From an uncultured Candidatus Saccharibacteria bacterium (GTDB lineage: Bacteria > Patescibacteriota > Minisyncoccia > Phycocordibacterales > UBA12088): a DNA stretch of 64,000 nucleotides. The stretch covers positions 84,338 to 148,337 of the forward strand of contig CAZHFF010000001.1 in assembly GCA_964531785.1 (NCBI GenBank), written 5' to 3'. The notes beneath the pieces are model-generated. The model had not been told where the DNA came from. It saw nothing but the letters and a program-made list of their open reading frames with translations, and searched no databases. The translations under genes and the position numbers were made by a program. Shown here piece after piece: positions 1 through 10,379 of the stretch (within the stretch, counting starts at the first letter, position 1; each line of letters begins with the position of its first letter).

Positions 1-3000
1 GGCACAGACCCGCTCGGCCTCGCGCTCTGGGGCAGTACCACGGTAACGACGCTTAGTGACGGCTTCTTCGAGCTCGCGGCGGAAGGTGGCAGCATGATGA
101 CCGTGTCATCAACGACCATCGACCACAACCCAGCGCTCCAGGTGTTCCGTCTTGGCTTCGCCACCTCATCAGGGATCGTTTCCGGTTACAACGTTACCGC
201 GACCGGCACGCCTATATCGTACTGGTGGTTCCGTGACCACTACGGCAACTATGACGGTGAGGCATACGACAATGATCCTGTGGCCGAGCCGGGCGCGCTT
301 CGTTGGGACGACTCCGGCTTCACGATCGCTATCTCGGGAAACGCGTATGCGGGAGAAGGTGTAGGCGGAGCAGCGAGCTCATGTGGTACGCACAATGTCC
401 GTCTTGTCGTGAACGGGACCACGCCGTACACAGCGGCCTGTGATAGTGGGACGGGTGCGTTCAGTTTCCCGGCGGTGTCGTTCGCAGGGGATGCGACCTT
501 TGTCGCATACCTCGACACGAACGGAGGCGCGCGCGGAGCTGTCGTGTCTCGCACCCCGCAGAGCACTATCGAGGACCTTGCTATCTACGAGCATCGGGTG
601 ATCGTGCGCCACGAGTACACCGAACCTCTCACGCTCACACAGATGGCCGCATACGACAGTGATCAGGATAGCGACATTCCGTACGACGCCGAGGTTGGAG
701 CGCTTACCGTTGCTCCGGAGACCGGCCTCTTTGTGTGGAGCGATAAGACCTTCGCGCCGGGCGGCAACGTCACCCTTGCGTCAGGGGGCAGTGGGGCAAC
801 CTACGATGGAACGCTTCGGCTCGGGACGAACGCCGTCTTTACCTCAGCAGGGACCGAGACCCACACGATAGGCGGCTCCTGGGTCGCGGACACGGATGCG
901 ACGTTCACTGCCGCGAGCTCGTCGGTCGTCTTTACCGCAACGACTTCGGGAAAGACCATTGCACCTTCCTCGCCCTTCTATGATGTCACGTTCTCGGGGA
1001 GTGGCGGTTGGACCATTGCGTCCTCGACGGTCGTAACGAACGCACTTGCGGTGAATGCGGGGTCCGTGGTGGGTACGGCGAACGTGACCGTCGAGAACGG
1101 GGCACTGAGCGGAAATGGCTCGGTCGCCCTCACCGGCGGCACGGTAACGCTCTACTCCGGGGGAATGTTCGGTGGTAGTACTGCCTGGAGTTTCAACAAC
1201 CTCACCCTAGGGAACGGCGGCATGGGAACCACGAGCAAGAGCGGTGCCGGGTCTGTTGCGATAGCAGGCGTGCTTACCGTTTCAGCGAACCATGTGCTCG
1301 AGGCAGGCAGCGTACCCTGGACACTGAGCGGGAGCGGTGCACCGCTCGTCGTCTCGGGCAGCTTCAGTGCGCAGACCTCGACGACGACCTGGACCGGAAC
1401 TGCAGCGACCGCAGTACCTGCGCTCTCATACCACAACCTCGTCTTTGCCCCGACCTCGGGCTCGCCCACGTTCACCTTGGCTGCGGGGACGCTCAACGCT
1501 CAGTCGCTTACGGTAGGCAATGGTACGAACGCGGTCACGGTCGAGGCGAACACCAATGACCCGCTCATCAATGTGTCGGGCACCGTGCGTATCCGTCCCA
1601 GCGCAACGTACTCGGCGGCGAGCGCGAACGATCTGCGTATCGGCGGTTCGTACCTCAATGAGGGCGTGTTCACCCATAACGGGGGTGGGGTGGTCATGCA
1701 AGGCAGCACGAGCGGTCTTTCGGTCACGCCCGGGAACTCGCCATTCCGCCACCTGACGTTCAACAACGCCTCCGGTGGCTGGACGATTAGTGGAAACGCT
1801 ACGACGACCGGCAATTTCACCCTTATGGCGGCGAACAGCTTCACCCAAGCGAACGGCACGACGCTCGAGGTGCAGGGCGTCTTCACGAATGAGGTAGGCG
1901 GCGGTGTGACCGAGTGGACGGGCAGCACGCTCTACCTGAACTCCGGCACGAGCTACACGATGAACTCCAAGACGTCGGGAGGCGACAGTTATGCGGCGCT
2001 GCGGCTTGGGGCCAGTACGCACGTGCGTGCCTGGGACTCTGCGGCCATGACGTACACCATACCGAGCAGCGCATCGTTCTACAGCCAGGACCACGCGAAC
2101 GTACCCGGCGAACTCTACATTTGGGGCAATTATACCCGCGCTTCCGGTGCCGACCATTGGAGCTATGCGACGGACTTCGATGGGACGGACATCACGAGCA
2201 CTCCGCGCCAGGCCAAGGTGTTCCTTGCAGATCAGGCGACCACGACCCTTTCAGGAGGATCGCTCTCGATCGTTGGAGGGGCTGGTGCAACGACGACCAT
2301 GCAGAATCAGGGGAGCGGGACGTACGGACTCGTCGTCTCGGGGGGCACGTTCACGGCGCAGTATTTCCGGATCCGAAACATACGGTCCCAAGGCCTCACG
2401 TTCTCCGGTGCGCCGACCGTGACCCAGCTTGCGGATGGTGATCTTGAGCTCTCGATTCAAGGCGGCAGTACCATGACCGTTGCCGGATCGGTCATCACCG
2501 CGAACCCGGCAAAAACGTGGCAGGGCATTTCGTTTGCGACCTCGAGCGGTGTGAGCGGTTTCAACGTGACCGCGACCGGTAGTACCGGCAGCTCGTGGCG
2601 GTTCACGCCCACGCTTGGAAACCTCTACGGTGAGTCCTATGACAATGACCCGAGCCCGGACCCTGATGGTAATCCCGGTTACCTCGTGTGGGAGGATAGC
2701 GTCCAAGCGATCAACGTTTCGGGGCGGGTGTACTCCGACGAGGGCACGACCGTTTCCGGTGTATGTAACGGCAGTACGCCGGTCGTGAAGCTCGTGGCAA
2801 AGAGTCTCGCGGCGACCACGGAAACGACCGTGCCCTGCGCAGCGGGTACCGGGCTCTATGAAGTGTCGAGCATCAATTTCTTCGGCGGTGGCACGGTCAC
2901 GGTCTATCTCACCGGCACTGCAGTGCCCGCCGCGCAGGTGGTCCATGACACCGTGTCGAGTCTGAGCGATGTCGACCTGTACGAGCGGCGTATCATGCTC

Positions 3001-6000
3001 AGGAGCGTTGGTCCGGACGCAATTCGTATCAGCGATCTTGCGGTCCATGACAGCGGGGAGGACCCCGACGTCCCGTTCATTGCCGCCACGGGCTCGCCTT
3101 CGAGCTTGACGTTGCCGGCGAACACCAAGCTCATTGTCATGCAGGACAGCGCATTCGCGCCACACGGGAACATAACGCTACAGAGCGGTGCCGGTACCGC
3201 GTGGGACGGGACGCTCGAGCTCAAACAGAATGCGACACTTGTCGCTTCGACGACCCAGGCGCACACGTACATCGTGGGTGGTGACTGGCTCGCGGGGAGC
3301 GGGTCGACGTTTACGGCCGGGCTTTCTACGGTGACCTTTACCGCGACCACATCCGGTAAGACGATCGAACAACGGAGCTCTGCCTTTAACACGGTGATCT
3401 TTAACGGGACAAGTGGTGCCTGGACGTTTACGGGAGCGAATGCGACCACGACAGATGATCTCATCGTCACCAACGGGTCCGTGACCGTCGGTACCTCGAC
3501 GCTCGCGGTCGGCGGGTCGCTCGTGAACGATGGCACCCTCGTGGCGGCGTCAACGACGATCACCCTGAGCAGCGCAGCCGCTGAGACCGTGAAGTTCGGC
3601 GGGGCGTCCGTGGGGAGCCTGCGGTTCACCGGATCCGGCACCTTCATGATGACCGATACGAACGCGACCTCGACCGGTTCGGTGCTTATTTCTGCCGGAG
3701 CGGTACATCTTCCGAGCGGGACCTTTGCCGTTGCCCATGGGTTCGAGAAGACCGGCGGGTCGTTCTCCCACAGCGGTACACTGCGCCTCTATGGCGATCT
3801 CGCCGGTCAGACCCTGCGCTTTGGTGGCAGTACGCTCCGGAACCTGACGATAGCTGGTACCGGCTCGTGGACCATAGCAGATACCGCCGCGACCTCGACC
3901 GGGTCCGTCACGATCCAATCGGGCGGCTTGACCGCGCCTTCGGCTAACTTTGGCGTTGGCGGTTCGTTCGTGAATAGCGGCACGTTCAATGCGAACGGTG
4001 GTCACCTCTACCTGTTCGCGACCTCGACCGGCCAGACCGTCGCTGTAGGCGGCGGGATCTTGTCGAACGTTACCTTTGCGGGAAGTGGCGGCGGATGGAC
4101 CGTTTCAGAAAGCGCTACCACGACCGGCGCACTGCGTTTGCGGCAGGGTACGAACTTCACCATGGCCTCGTCGACCGTCCTTGAGGTGCAGGGGGTCTTC
4201 GAGAACCTGATAGGCGGCAGTGCGACCGACTGGACGGATAGCAGGCTCTACCTTAATTCCGGCACGAGCTACACGATAAATACCAAAGCGGCGGGCGGCG
4301 ATGCATACGCATTCCTCACCCTTGGTGCTGATACTGACGTGCGCATGTGGAACAGTAGCGGAGCGACCACCACGGTACACGCGTCAAGTTCGCTCTACTC
4401 GATGAACCACGGAGGTTCACCGGGCCTGCTCCATGTCTACGGTGAGTACGTGCGTACCTCTGGTGCAGACTACTGGAGCCATGCGACCGACTTCGATGGC
4501 GTAGCACTCGGCGGCGGTGCGCGCCCCGTGTCGGTGAGGGTCGCCTCGAGCAGCTCGATCACGCTCACTGGCGGTACCCTGAGCATAGTAGGCACAGCTT
4601 CAGCGACCACCTCGATCGAGGTCCTGGGAACCGGCGCCTACTCCTGGAGCATACAGAACGGGACATTTGAGGCGACCTACTTCAGCGTCCGCAACTTGAC
4701 CGCCGCCGGCCTCATACTTGCCGGAACGACCAACGTGAACTCGCTGTCGTATGGTGATATGGAGCTATCTGCTGAAGGCGGTACACTGATTTCAGTCGCA
4801 TCATCGGTCATCGATCAGAATCCCACCAAGCTCATGAGCGGTAACCGGTTCGCGACCGGTACCGGGGCTACTATGGGGATCAACGTGAAGCGGACCGGCA
4901 ATACCTCGAACTATTGGTACTTCCAGGGTCACTACGGGGGGCTTTCGGGCGAGGCGTATGATGATGATGGTGGCGATGCGTGCGGCGCGATACGTTGGGC
5001 GGACAGCACCTGTCTTGAGGTAAGCCAGTCTGCCTATCGGTTCCGAGCGGATAATGGTGGAGGCGGTGCTCCCGATAGCGAATGGTTCAGTACCGATTGG
5101 GACAAGCGCATACGTGTCAATGTGCAGAACCAGAACGGACAGACGATCACGAACGGCGTGGTCCGAGTCGAGGTGCCGCTTCAGGACGGCATGCGGTCGG
5201 ATTTTGCGGACCTCCGGTTCACCGATACCTCCGGTACGAACCTGCTCTCGTATGTGATCGAGTCGTATACCGCAGCGACCGCAACAGTGTGGGTAAAGGT
5301 GCCGAGCGTAGCAGCAAACAGCATCAGTCCGATCTATGCGTACTACGATTACTATGATGTCACCGTGCCGAACGGCCAGAGCGCAACGAGCACGTTCTTG
5401 TTCCTTGATACGTTCGAGTCCACGAACCTAGCATCGCGCTACACCGGCAATACGAACTACTTCGCAGCGAGTGCGTCCTTCGCACGTCAAGGTTCGTACG
5501 GTCTTGGTGCTGCCGTGGGTTATGCTGAGGAGGAAACCACGGGCGGTATGTACGGCACGTCGACCTCTATCTCGCGAGGCAGCACCCTGCGCTGGTACCA
5601 GTATGTTGACACAGGCGCGTCTGAAGCAAGTGAACCCTGTACGCTCTTCGGTGTGCAGGGTTCGGGCCAGAACTATGCCGCATGTCTTGACCAATCGCCA
5701 GGGCGGGTCGTTATAGCACGGAACGTGTCATCACGCGATGAGTCGGGTACGATCCTTGCCTCGTCCACAGCGAGCTGGATGACCGGCTGGTATACGGTCG
5801 AGGTCGACTGGCTCTCCGGGGGCAATATGATACACATGACCGTCCATGATGTGAACGGAACGCTCGTTGCAAGCGCGAGCGCGTCGGACGGTACCTACTC
5901 CTCCGGTACGGTCGGGTACTCGTTCTGGTATCAGTATGGCGGCTGGGATTTCGTATCCGCCCGCCCCTACGCAGCGATCGACCTCACGGGCACGGTCGTT

Positions 6001-7299
6001 GGGTTGCCACAGGGCCGTGGCGGCGCCCCATGGCTTGCGGCACAGAACACATCGATAAGTCAGGAGCAGGAAGCCACGTTCCGTGTTCGTTTTGCGATCG
6101 AGAACTCAGGGCTCGAGATGACCGACCAGCAGATCCGGTTGCAGTATGCTGACAAGACCGGCTACGGTACCTGTAATGCGGTGCCATCGGTCGAGTATGA
6201 CGATGTACCGAACGCTGCGGGGTGCGGCGTCAATGCGATTTGCATGACGACCACGGCTCACTATAACGATGGTGACCCGACCGAACTATTGCTCAGCACT
6301 TCCGCGAACTACCGGGGTATTGCAGGAAAGCTCATTGAGAGCCCGAGCAATCAAACCACTGCGCTTACCATAGGTAATGAACGGGTCATTGAGGTCGAGT
6401 ATGCGATCGAGCTTACCCCGAACGCAACCTCCGACTCGTACTGTTTGCGCACGAGTGACGGCGGTGTGGAGTTCGACTCGTATCCGCAGATCGCCGAGGT
6501 GACCGCGAAGTACGGTCCACAGATCACGAACTGGCGGCTCAACTATGACGCCCCGATCGCGCTCGTCGAGGGGACGACGCGCGCGGTTGTGGCGACCGGC
6601 ACCGTGGCCGACCTCAACGGCTTTGAGGATCTCGTGTATGCGACGTCGACCATATACCGGAGCGGTGTAGGGAGCGATTGCGCTTCGGACCCGAACAACT
6701 GCTACCAGCTCACCTCGCTCCAGTGCCCGTTCGAGAACTGCTCCGGCACCACCTGCCAGGTCACCTGTACGGCCGATCTGCACTACTTCGCTGAGCCGAC
6801 CGACGATGGCAGCGCCTTCGAGGGAGAATCATGGCAGGCACGGCTCTTTATCCTTGACAGTACGGGCAATGAAGCAACCTCGACATCCGAAGGGGTCGAC
6901 CTCCTCACCCTGCGGGCGATGTCGGTCATCTCCGGTTCGATCAGCTATGGTACGCTCGGTCTTGCAGAGGATACCGGGAGCAGCAATGCGGTCGCGACGG
7001 TGCAGAATACCGGTAACGTTGGGATCGACCTGACCGTCGAAGGGACCGATATGACCGCGGGCTCGAGCGTGATCCCGGCAGGGAACCAGCTGTTCGCGAC
7101 CTCGACCTTCACGTATAGCTCGTGCGTGATCTGTTCCGCGCTCTCAGGTTCCCCGAGCCCCCTCGACCTCGACCTCGGCAAACCGACCTCGACCTCGAGT
7201 GCGGTAACGGACGACATCTACTGGGGTGTCTATATCCCGAGCGGTGTTGCGGGCACCGCGCACTACGGTGTGACCGAGTTCTATCCGATATCCACGTAA
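1..7299 (+). CDS. Giant repetitive surface protein/adhesin (5'-truncated): ~780-aa repeat modules, DUF2341-like domain, lectin-like region, C-terminal domain shared with 21687..23567
   Basis: Frame is open from base 1 (GTDPLGLALWG... runs into the ORF at 94), so the start lies upstream. Module marker W-x-F...GE(A/S)YD(N/D)D...(L/I)xW recurs at ~223, ~2596 and ~4915. DUF2341-like motif DFADLRFTD...SYVIES...VWVKVP at ~5200-5305. Rich in Thr/Ser/Gly. Confidence 0.85.
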   Translation, partial: GTDPLGLALWGSTTVTTLSDGFFELAAEGGSMMTVSSTTIDHNPALQVFRLGFATSSGIVSGYNVTATGTPISYWWFRDHYGNYDGEAYDNDPVAEPGALRWDDSGFTIAISGNAYAGEGVGGAASSCGTHNVRLVVNGTTPYTAACDSGTGAFSFPAVSFAGDATFVAYLDTNGGARGAVVSRTPQSTIEDLAIYEHRVIVRHEYTEPLTLTQMAAYDSDQDSDIPYDAEVGALTVAPETGLFVWSDKTFAPGGNVTLASGGSGATYDGTLRLGTNAVFTSAGTETHTIGGSWVADTDATFTAASSSVVFTATTSGKTIAPSSPFYDVTFSGSGGWTIASSTVVTNALAVNAGSVVGTANVTVENGALSGNGSVALTGGTVTLYSGGMFGGSTAWSFNNLTLGNGGMGTTSKSGAGSVAIAGVLTVSANHVLEAGSVPWTLSGSGAPLVVSGSFSAQTSTTTWTGTAATAVPALSYHNLVFAPTSGSPTFTLAAGTLNAQSLTVGNGTNAVTVEANTNDPLINVSGTVRIRPSATYSAASANDLRIGGSYLNEGVFTHNGGGVVMQGSTSGLSVTPGNSPFRHLTFNNASGGWTISGNATTTGNFTLMAANSFTQANGTTLEVQGVFTNEVGGGVTEWTGSTLYLNSGTSYTMNSKTSGGDSYAALRLGASTHVRAWDSAAMTYTIPSSASFYSQDHANVPGELYIWGNYTRASGADHWSYATDFDGTDITSTPRQAKVFLADQATTTLSGGSLSIVGGAGATTTMQNQGSGTYGLVVSGGTFTAQYFRIRNIRSQGLTFSGAPTVTQLADGDLELSIQGGSTMTVAGSVITANPAKTWQGISFATSSGVSGFNVTATGSTGSSWRFTPTLGNLYGESYDNDPSPDPDGNPGYLVWEDSVQAINVSGRVYSDEGTTVSGVCNGSTPVVKLVAKSLAATTETTVPCAAGTGLYEVSSINFFGGGTVTVYLTGTAVPAAQVVHDTVSSLSDVDLYERRIMLRSVGPDAIRISDLAVHDSGEDPDVPFIAATGSPSSLTLPANTKLIVMQDSAFAPHGNITLQSGAGTAWDGTLELKQNATLVASTTQAHTYIVGGDWLAGSGSTFTAGLSTVTFTATTSGKTIEQRSSAFNTVIFNGTSGAWTFTGANATTTDDLIVTNGSVTVGTSTLAVGGSLVNDGTLVAASTTITLSSAAAETVKFGGASVGSLRFTGSGTFMMTDTNATSTGSVLISAGAVHLPSGTFAVAHGFEKTGGSFSHSGTLRLYGDLAGQTLRFGGSTLRNLTIAGTGSWTIADTAATSTGSVTIQSGGLTAPSANFGVGGSFVNSGTFNANGGHLYLFATSTGQTVAVGGGILSNVTFAGSGGGWTVSESATTTGALRLRQGTNFTMASSTVLEVQGVFENLIGGSATDWTDSRLYLNSGTSYTINTKAAGGDAYAFLTLGADTDVRMWNSSGATTTVHASSSLYSMNHGGSPGLLHVYGEYVRTSGADYWSHATDFDGVALGGGARPVSVRVASSSSITLTGGTLSIVGTASATTSIEVLGTGAYSWSIQNGTFEATYFSVRNLTAAGLILAGTTNVNSLSYGDMELSAEGGTLISVASSVIDQNPTKLMSGNRFATGTGATMGINVKRTGNTSNYWYFQGHYGGLSGEAYDDDGGDACGAIRWADSTCLEVSQSAYRFRADNGGGGAPDSEWFSTDWDKRIRVNVQNQNGQTITNGVVRVEVPLQDGMRSDFADLRFTDTSGTNLLSYVIESYTAATATVWVKVPSVAANSISPIYAYYDYYDVTVPNGQSATSTFLFLDTFESTNLASRYTGNTNYFAASASFARQGSYGLGAAVGYAEEETTGGMYGTSTSISRGSTLRWYQYVDTGASEASEPCTLFGVQGSGQNYAACLDQSPGRVVIARNVSSRDESGTILASSTASWMTGWYTVEVDWLSGGNMIHMTVHDVNGTLVASASASDGTYSSGTVGYSFWYQYGGWDFVSARPYAAIDLTGTVVGLPQGRGGAPWLAAQNTSISQEQEATFRVRFAIENSGLEMTDQQIRLQYADKTGYGTCNAVPSVEYDDVPNAAGCGVNAICMTTTAHYNDGDPTELLLSTSANYRGIAGKLIESPSNQTTALTIGNERVIEVEYAIELTPNATSDSYCLRTSDGGVEFDSYPQIAEVTAKYGPQITNWRLNYDAPIALVEGTTRAVVATGTVADLNGFEDLVYATSTIYRSGVGSDCASDPNNCYQLTSLQCPFENCSGTTCQVTCTADLHYFAEPTDDGSAFEGESWQARLFILDSTGNEATSTSEGVDLLTLRAMSVISGSISYGTLGLAEDTGSSNAVATVQNTGNVGIDLTVEGTDMTAGSSVIPAGNQLFATSTFTYSSCVICSALSGSPSPLDLDLGKPTSTSSAVTDDIYWGVYIPSGVAGTAHYGVTEFYPIST

Positions 7300-7407
7300 C
7301 AAAGTGTTAAACTATAGGGACCGAACGCGACGAGACACACGCATGCAGTATATATATTGTATAAGCGTACGCCGGTCGTCCGTGCGAAGCCGGTCCTAAA
7401 GCTCCTC

Positions 7408-8091
7408 ATGCGCTACCTCACCACCATTATCCTTGCGGCACTCATCGGCGGTTCGGGTGCCTATGCGTGGCTCTACTACGGGGGATTTGAGGGTGAGCGC
7501 GCTACCGCGGTCGCGTTCATCGACGTCTATGGCGACTATCGCGAGGTGGTGACACGGGTCGAGACGCTGACCCACATCCCCGGTGTCGAGAGCAACCCGG
7601 ACCGAGAGGAGCTCGAGCGGCTCCTCACCCGGATACTGACCGAGCAGGTAACCGATGAGGACCGCGAACGCCTGGCGCGTCTTGCCTTCTCCAACCTAGA
7701 TGTCCTCAAGCGCGAGGTCGATGCCGCGCAAGCCGCTCAGGCTGCGCTCTACGCGACCCTCCAGGACCTCGACAATGCGAGTCGTGCGTTCAGTGGTATC
7801 GAGGTGCGCAACCAGGCCCAAGAGCTCGTGCACCTGGCGCGCAAGCGCGCAGAGCTCACCGCGCGTATCACCTCGATCCAGGCAGAGACCCATGAGCATG
7901 CGTATGCCATAATCACGAAGGTCCTGGCTGATGGTGGGGCGCTCAGCGATAACCATAAGCGCGAGATCAATGCGGCGACGGCGGTCGCAGAAGCACGCCA
8001 CAGCACGCTGACCACGCTCCATCAGGAGCTCGGGGAACATACCGCTCGGTTCGACGCGCTCTTCAAGGTGTTCGTTGAGACAGCTGTGTAG
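7408..8091 (+). CDS. Hypothetical protein, N-terminal membrane anchor plus helical/coiled-coil body
   Basis: ATG at 7408 (MRYLTTIILAALIGG..., hydrophobic N-terminus) followed by an Ala/Glu/Leu-rich helical sequence. Confidence 0.7.
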   Translation: MRYLTTIILAALIGGSGAYAWLYYGGFEGERATAVAFIDVYGDYREVVTRVETLTHIPGVESNPDREELERLLTRILTEQVTDEDRERLARLAFSNLDVLKREVDAAQAAQAALYATLQDLDNASRAFSGIEVRNQAQELVHLARKRAELTARITSIQAETHEHAYAIITKVLADGGALSDNHKREINAATAVAEARHSTLTTLHQELGEHTARFDALFKVFVETAV

Positions 8092-8145
8092 CCTGTCCAC
8101 AGGAGCGAACCACTGTTGTGACCGATCTGGTGCATACTAGAGAGC

Positions 8146-9633
8146 ATGGGAGGATACTTCGTGCGCACGGCTCTGGTGGCTGGTCTTACAGCATGGTTCG
8201 TGGTGATCGGCACCGTCCCGTCCGCTCACGTTGTGGACGAGCCGTTCGTAGGGTTCTCATTGCCGGTCGAGCAGAGCACACGTGCACCGTTTTCGCAGGG
8301 TGACGTGCGGCTTGCTGCCCGCGCACCGGCCCCTGCTCCCACGCTAGACACCCTGCTTGCCGCGGACGGTGTTTCTGAACTTGCCCCTCTGCCTGCGGCA
8401 GAAGCTCCGGCACGAGCTGCTTGGCTCGTACCGGACCGGGAACACACCCTCGGGTGTCCGTTCGTACCTGCGCCGGGACGTATCATCATAGACCTTACCG
8501 AAGGCAGTACGGCGCGGCTTGAGGACCGTCCGCTTGTTGCTCACAGGACCGCGTCGGAAGCACAGAGTTCGCAGGCTGTAACATTTGGACCAGGGCAGTA
8601 TGTGATCCGGGTCGCGACCTTAGATCACGATGACGGTGACCGCCGCATCGAGCTTGACGAGCGATGGTACGTGGCGTTCTTTGATCAAGCAGGGACCGAG
8701 ATCGTCCGGACCAAACCGACACGCGACCTGGAGCTCTCTGAGCGTGTCGTGCTCGAGCAGCTCGAACGATCGCTCACGATATCGAGACAAGTCAGCATGG
8801 TCCGTGTGGTGCATGACGCATTCCCCGGAAAGGAGCCGAACGCACTGCTTCCGCTCTGTGTTGCGCTAGATCAGGTACGTTCGCCGGTCCTTGCGCTGGC
8901 ATCCTCGCTCGTGCCGGCCCAAGAGCCATCGGTCACGTGTCCTATCCCGAAACGGGAGAACCGAACGATCGTCGATCTTACGAAAGGCGGGACCGTGCCG
9001 CTTGCCGAACTGTTTATCCGTTCCGATGGCGCCGAGCAAGATGCCATGCTGCCCGCGGCCCCGCTCTACCTGCAGCCAGGCAGCTACGAGGTGCGGTTCG
9101 CGGCACATGCGGCCGAGGGGGTTCGCACAGATGGTGAGCGTTGGCGTGCGGTGCTCTACGACCTGAGCGGTCAGCGGCAAGAGCTCGAAGTGACCCGAGA
9201 CATACCGGACTGGGAACAGACATTTGTCACGAAAGGATCGGACGAGGTCCTCATCGCACAGCCGATCGTACGATTCGCCCCGGTACACGCACGCTACCCG
9301 GACGCGGATGCGCATGCACTTGCGGTGCTCTGTGCGAGTTTTGATCGTCTGGGCATCGAAACGCGTCCCACAGTGGCAGCAGATGACGGGGCCATGAGCG
9401 CTGTGTTGCCCGAAACACACCAGGACGCTGATAGCACCGCTCTCGCGCAGACTGACGAGTCCTCGATGAACGGGACCGATTTGTCGACTTTGGAACCTGC
9501 GCAGGATGGAGACGAACAGCCTCAGGAAAGCGGCCCCCGGACACCGCTCGCGGTCGTTGCGATGACGTTCCTTGCACTGGTCATTCTTGGACTCCTGTGG
9601 CTCGGCGGCCTAGGCAGCCCAAGATCTACATGA
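8146..9633 (+). CDS. Exported, C-terminally anchored protein with two tandem Cys-bracketed domains
   Basis: Signal-like N-terminus; two ~140-aa repeats (CP...R.I.DLT.G...PG.Y..R...ERW...D..G...TRD...VH...P...AL..LC...D); C-terminal TM helix. Confidence 0.75.
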   Translation: MGGYFVRTALVAGLTAWFVVIGTVPSAHVVDEPFVGFSLPVEQSTRAPFSQGDVRLAARAPAPAPTLDTLLAADGVSELAPLPAAEAPARAAWLVPDREHTLGCPFVPAPGRIIIDLTEGSTARLEDRPLVAHRTASEAQSSQAVTFGPGQYVIRVATLDHDDGDRRIELDERWYVAFFDQAGTEIVRTKPTRDLELSERVVLEQLERSLTISRQVSMVRVVHDAFPGKEPNALLPLCVALDQVRSPVLALASSLVPAQEPSVTCPIPKRENRTIVDLTKGGTVPLAELFIRSDGAEQDAMLPAAPLYLQPGSYEVRFAAHAAEGVRTDGERWRAVLYDLSGQRQELEVTRDIPDWEQTFVTKGSDEVLIAQPIVRFAPVHARYPDADAHALAVLCASFDRLGIETRPTVAADDGAMSAVLPETHQDADSTALAQTDESSMNGTDLSTLEPAQDGDEQPQESGPRTPLAVVAMTFLALVILGLLWLGGLGSPRST

Positions 9634-10313
9634 ACCGGAAGCACGAGAAAGCGGAACCGATTCGCATGTTCAGCAAGAAGTGCCGGGCACGGCTCTTGTT
9701 GTTCGGTGTTGCTGCAGCTGTGCTCACTTGTCTGTGCTGGCTTAGCTTCATGGACGCGGTAGGCAGGGTACAGGAGGAGCTTAACCGAGCACGCGTTCTC
9801 ACGATCATCGACAGTGCGGCGCTCTTCGTGCCAAGTCTCTTGGATGAACCCGATGTCCTGCGGGACGCGATGCGGTCGCTCGTTTTAGAGTACGCTGCAG
9901 TGCAGGCGGTGAGGATCGTAGCACCCCACGGGCCCGACTGGCGTGTCTACCTGACCGACACGGGCGATGGGGAAGGGGCGATCGAACGGGCCGTGCCAGA
10001 GCACTATGCTCGCGCATACGCTGACCCGTCCCGAACGTTCAGAGCAGGCGAGGGACAGAACTCCACATCGGTACGCGCACTCGCGAACGGGGGCTCGGTG
10101 CAGTCGCTCATCGTCGTTACCCATCGTCTGTCAGCGGCGGACCGTACGGCCGCGTATACGACGCTCACGTACCTTGGAGGGCTTGCGCTTCTGTTACTCG
10201 TGCTCGTTCTGGTCCTCGGGGGTTTGTTGCTCTGTGCTCGCGCCCTGGGTCACTCTGGTCTAAGGCAGTACGTACAGCAGCAAACAGGACCCGAGGCTGG
10301 TGTGCGTGCGTAG
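9630..10313 (+). CDS. Two-TM membrane protein with extracytoplasmic sensor-like domain and no output domain
   Basis: ATGA overlap with the upstream stop; two hydrophobic helices flank a ~135-aa loop; short C-terminal tail. Confidence 0.6.
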   Translation: MNRKHEKAEPIRMFSKKCRARLLLFGVAAAVLTCLCWLSFMDAVGRVQEELNRARVLTIIDSAALFVPSLLDEPDVLRDAMRSLVLEYAAVQAVRIVAPHGPDWRVYLTDTGDGEGAIERAVPEHYARAYADPSRTFRAGEGQNSTSVRALANGGSVQSLIVVTHRLSAADRTAAYTTLTYLGGLALLLLVLVLVLGGLLLCARALGHSGLRQYVQQQTGPEAGVRA

Positions 10314-10379
10314 CTACGTGTGGGGATAACTGCTACACATTCCCTTCATGATGTTGCTATCATAGCAACATTCGTTCGT

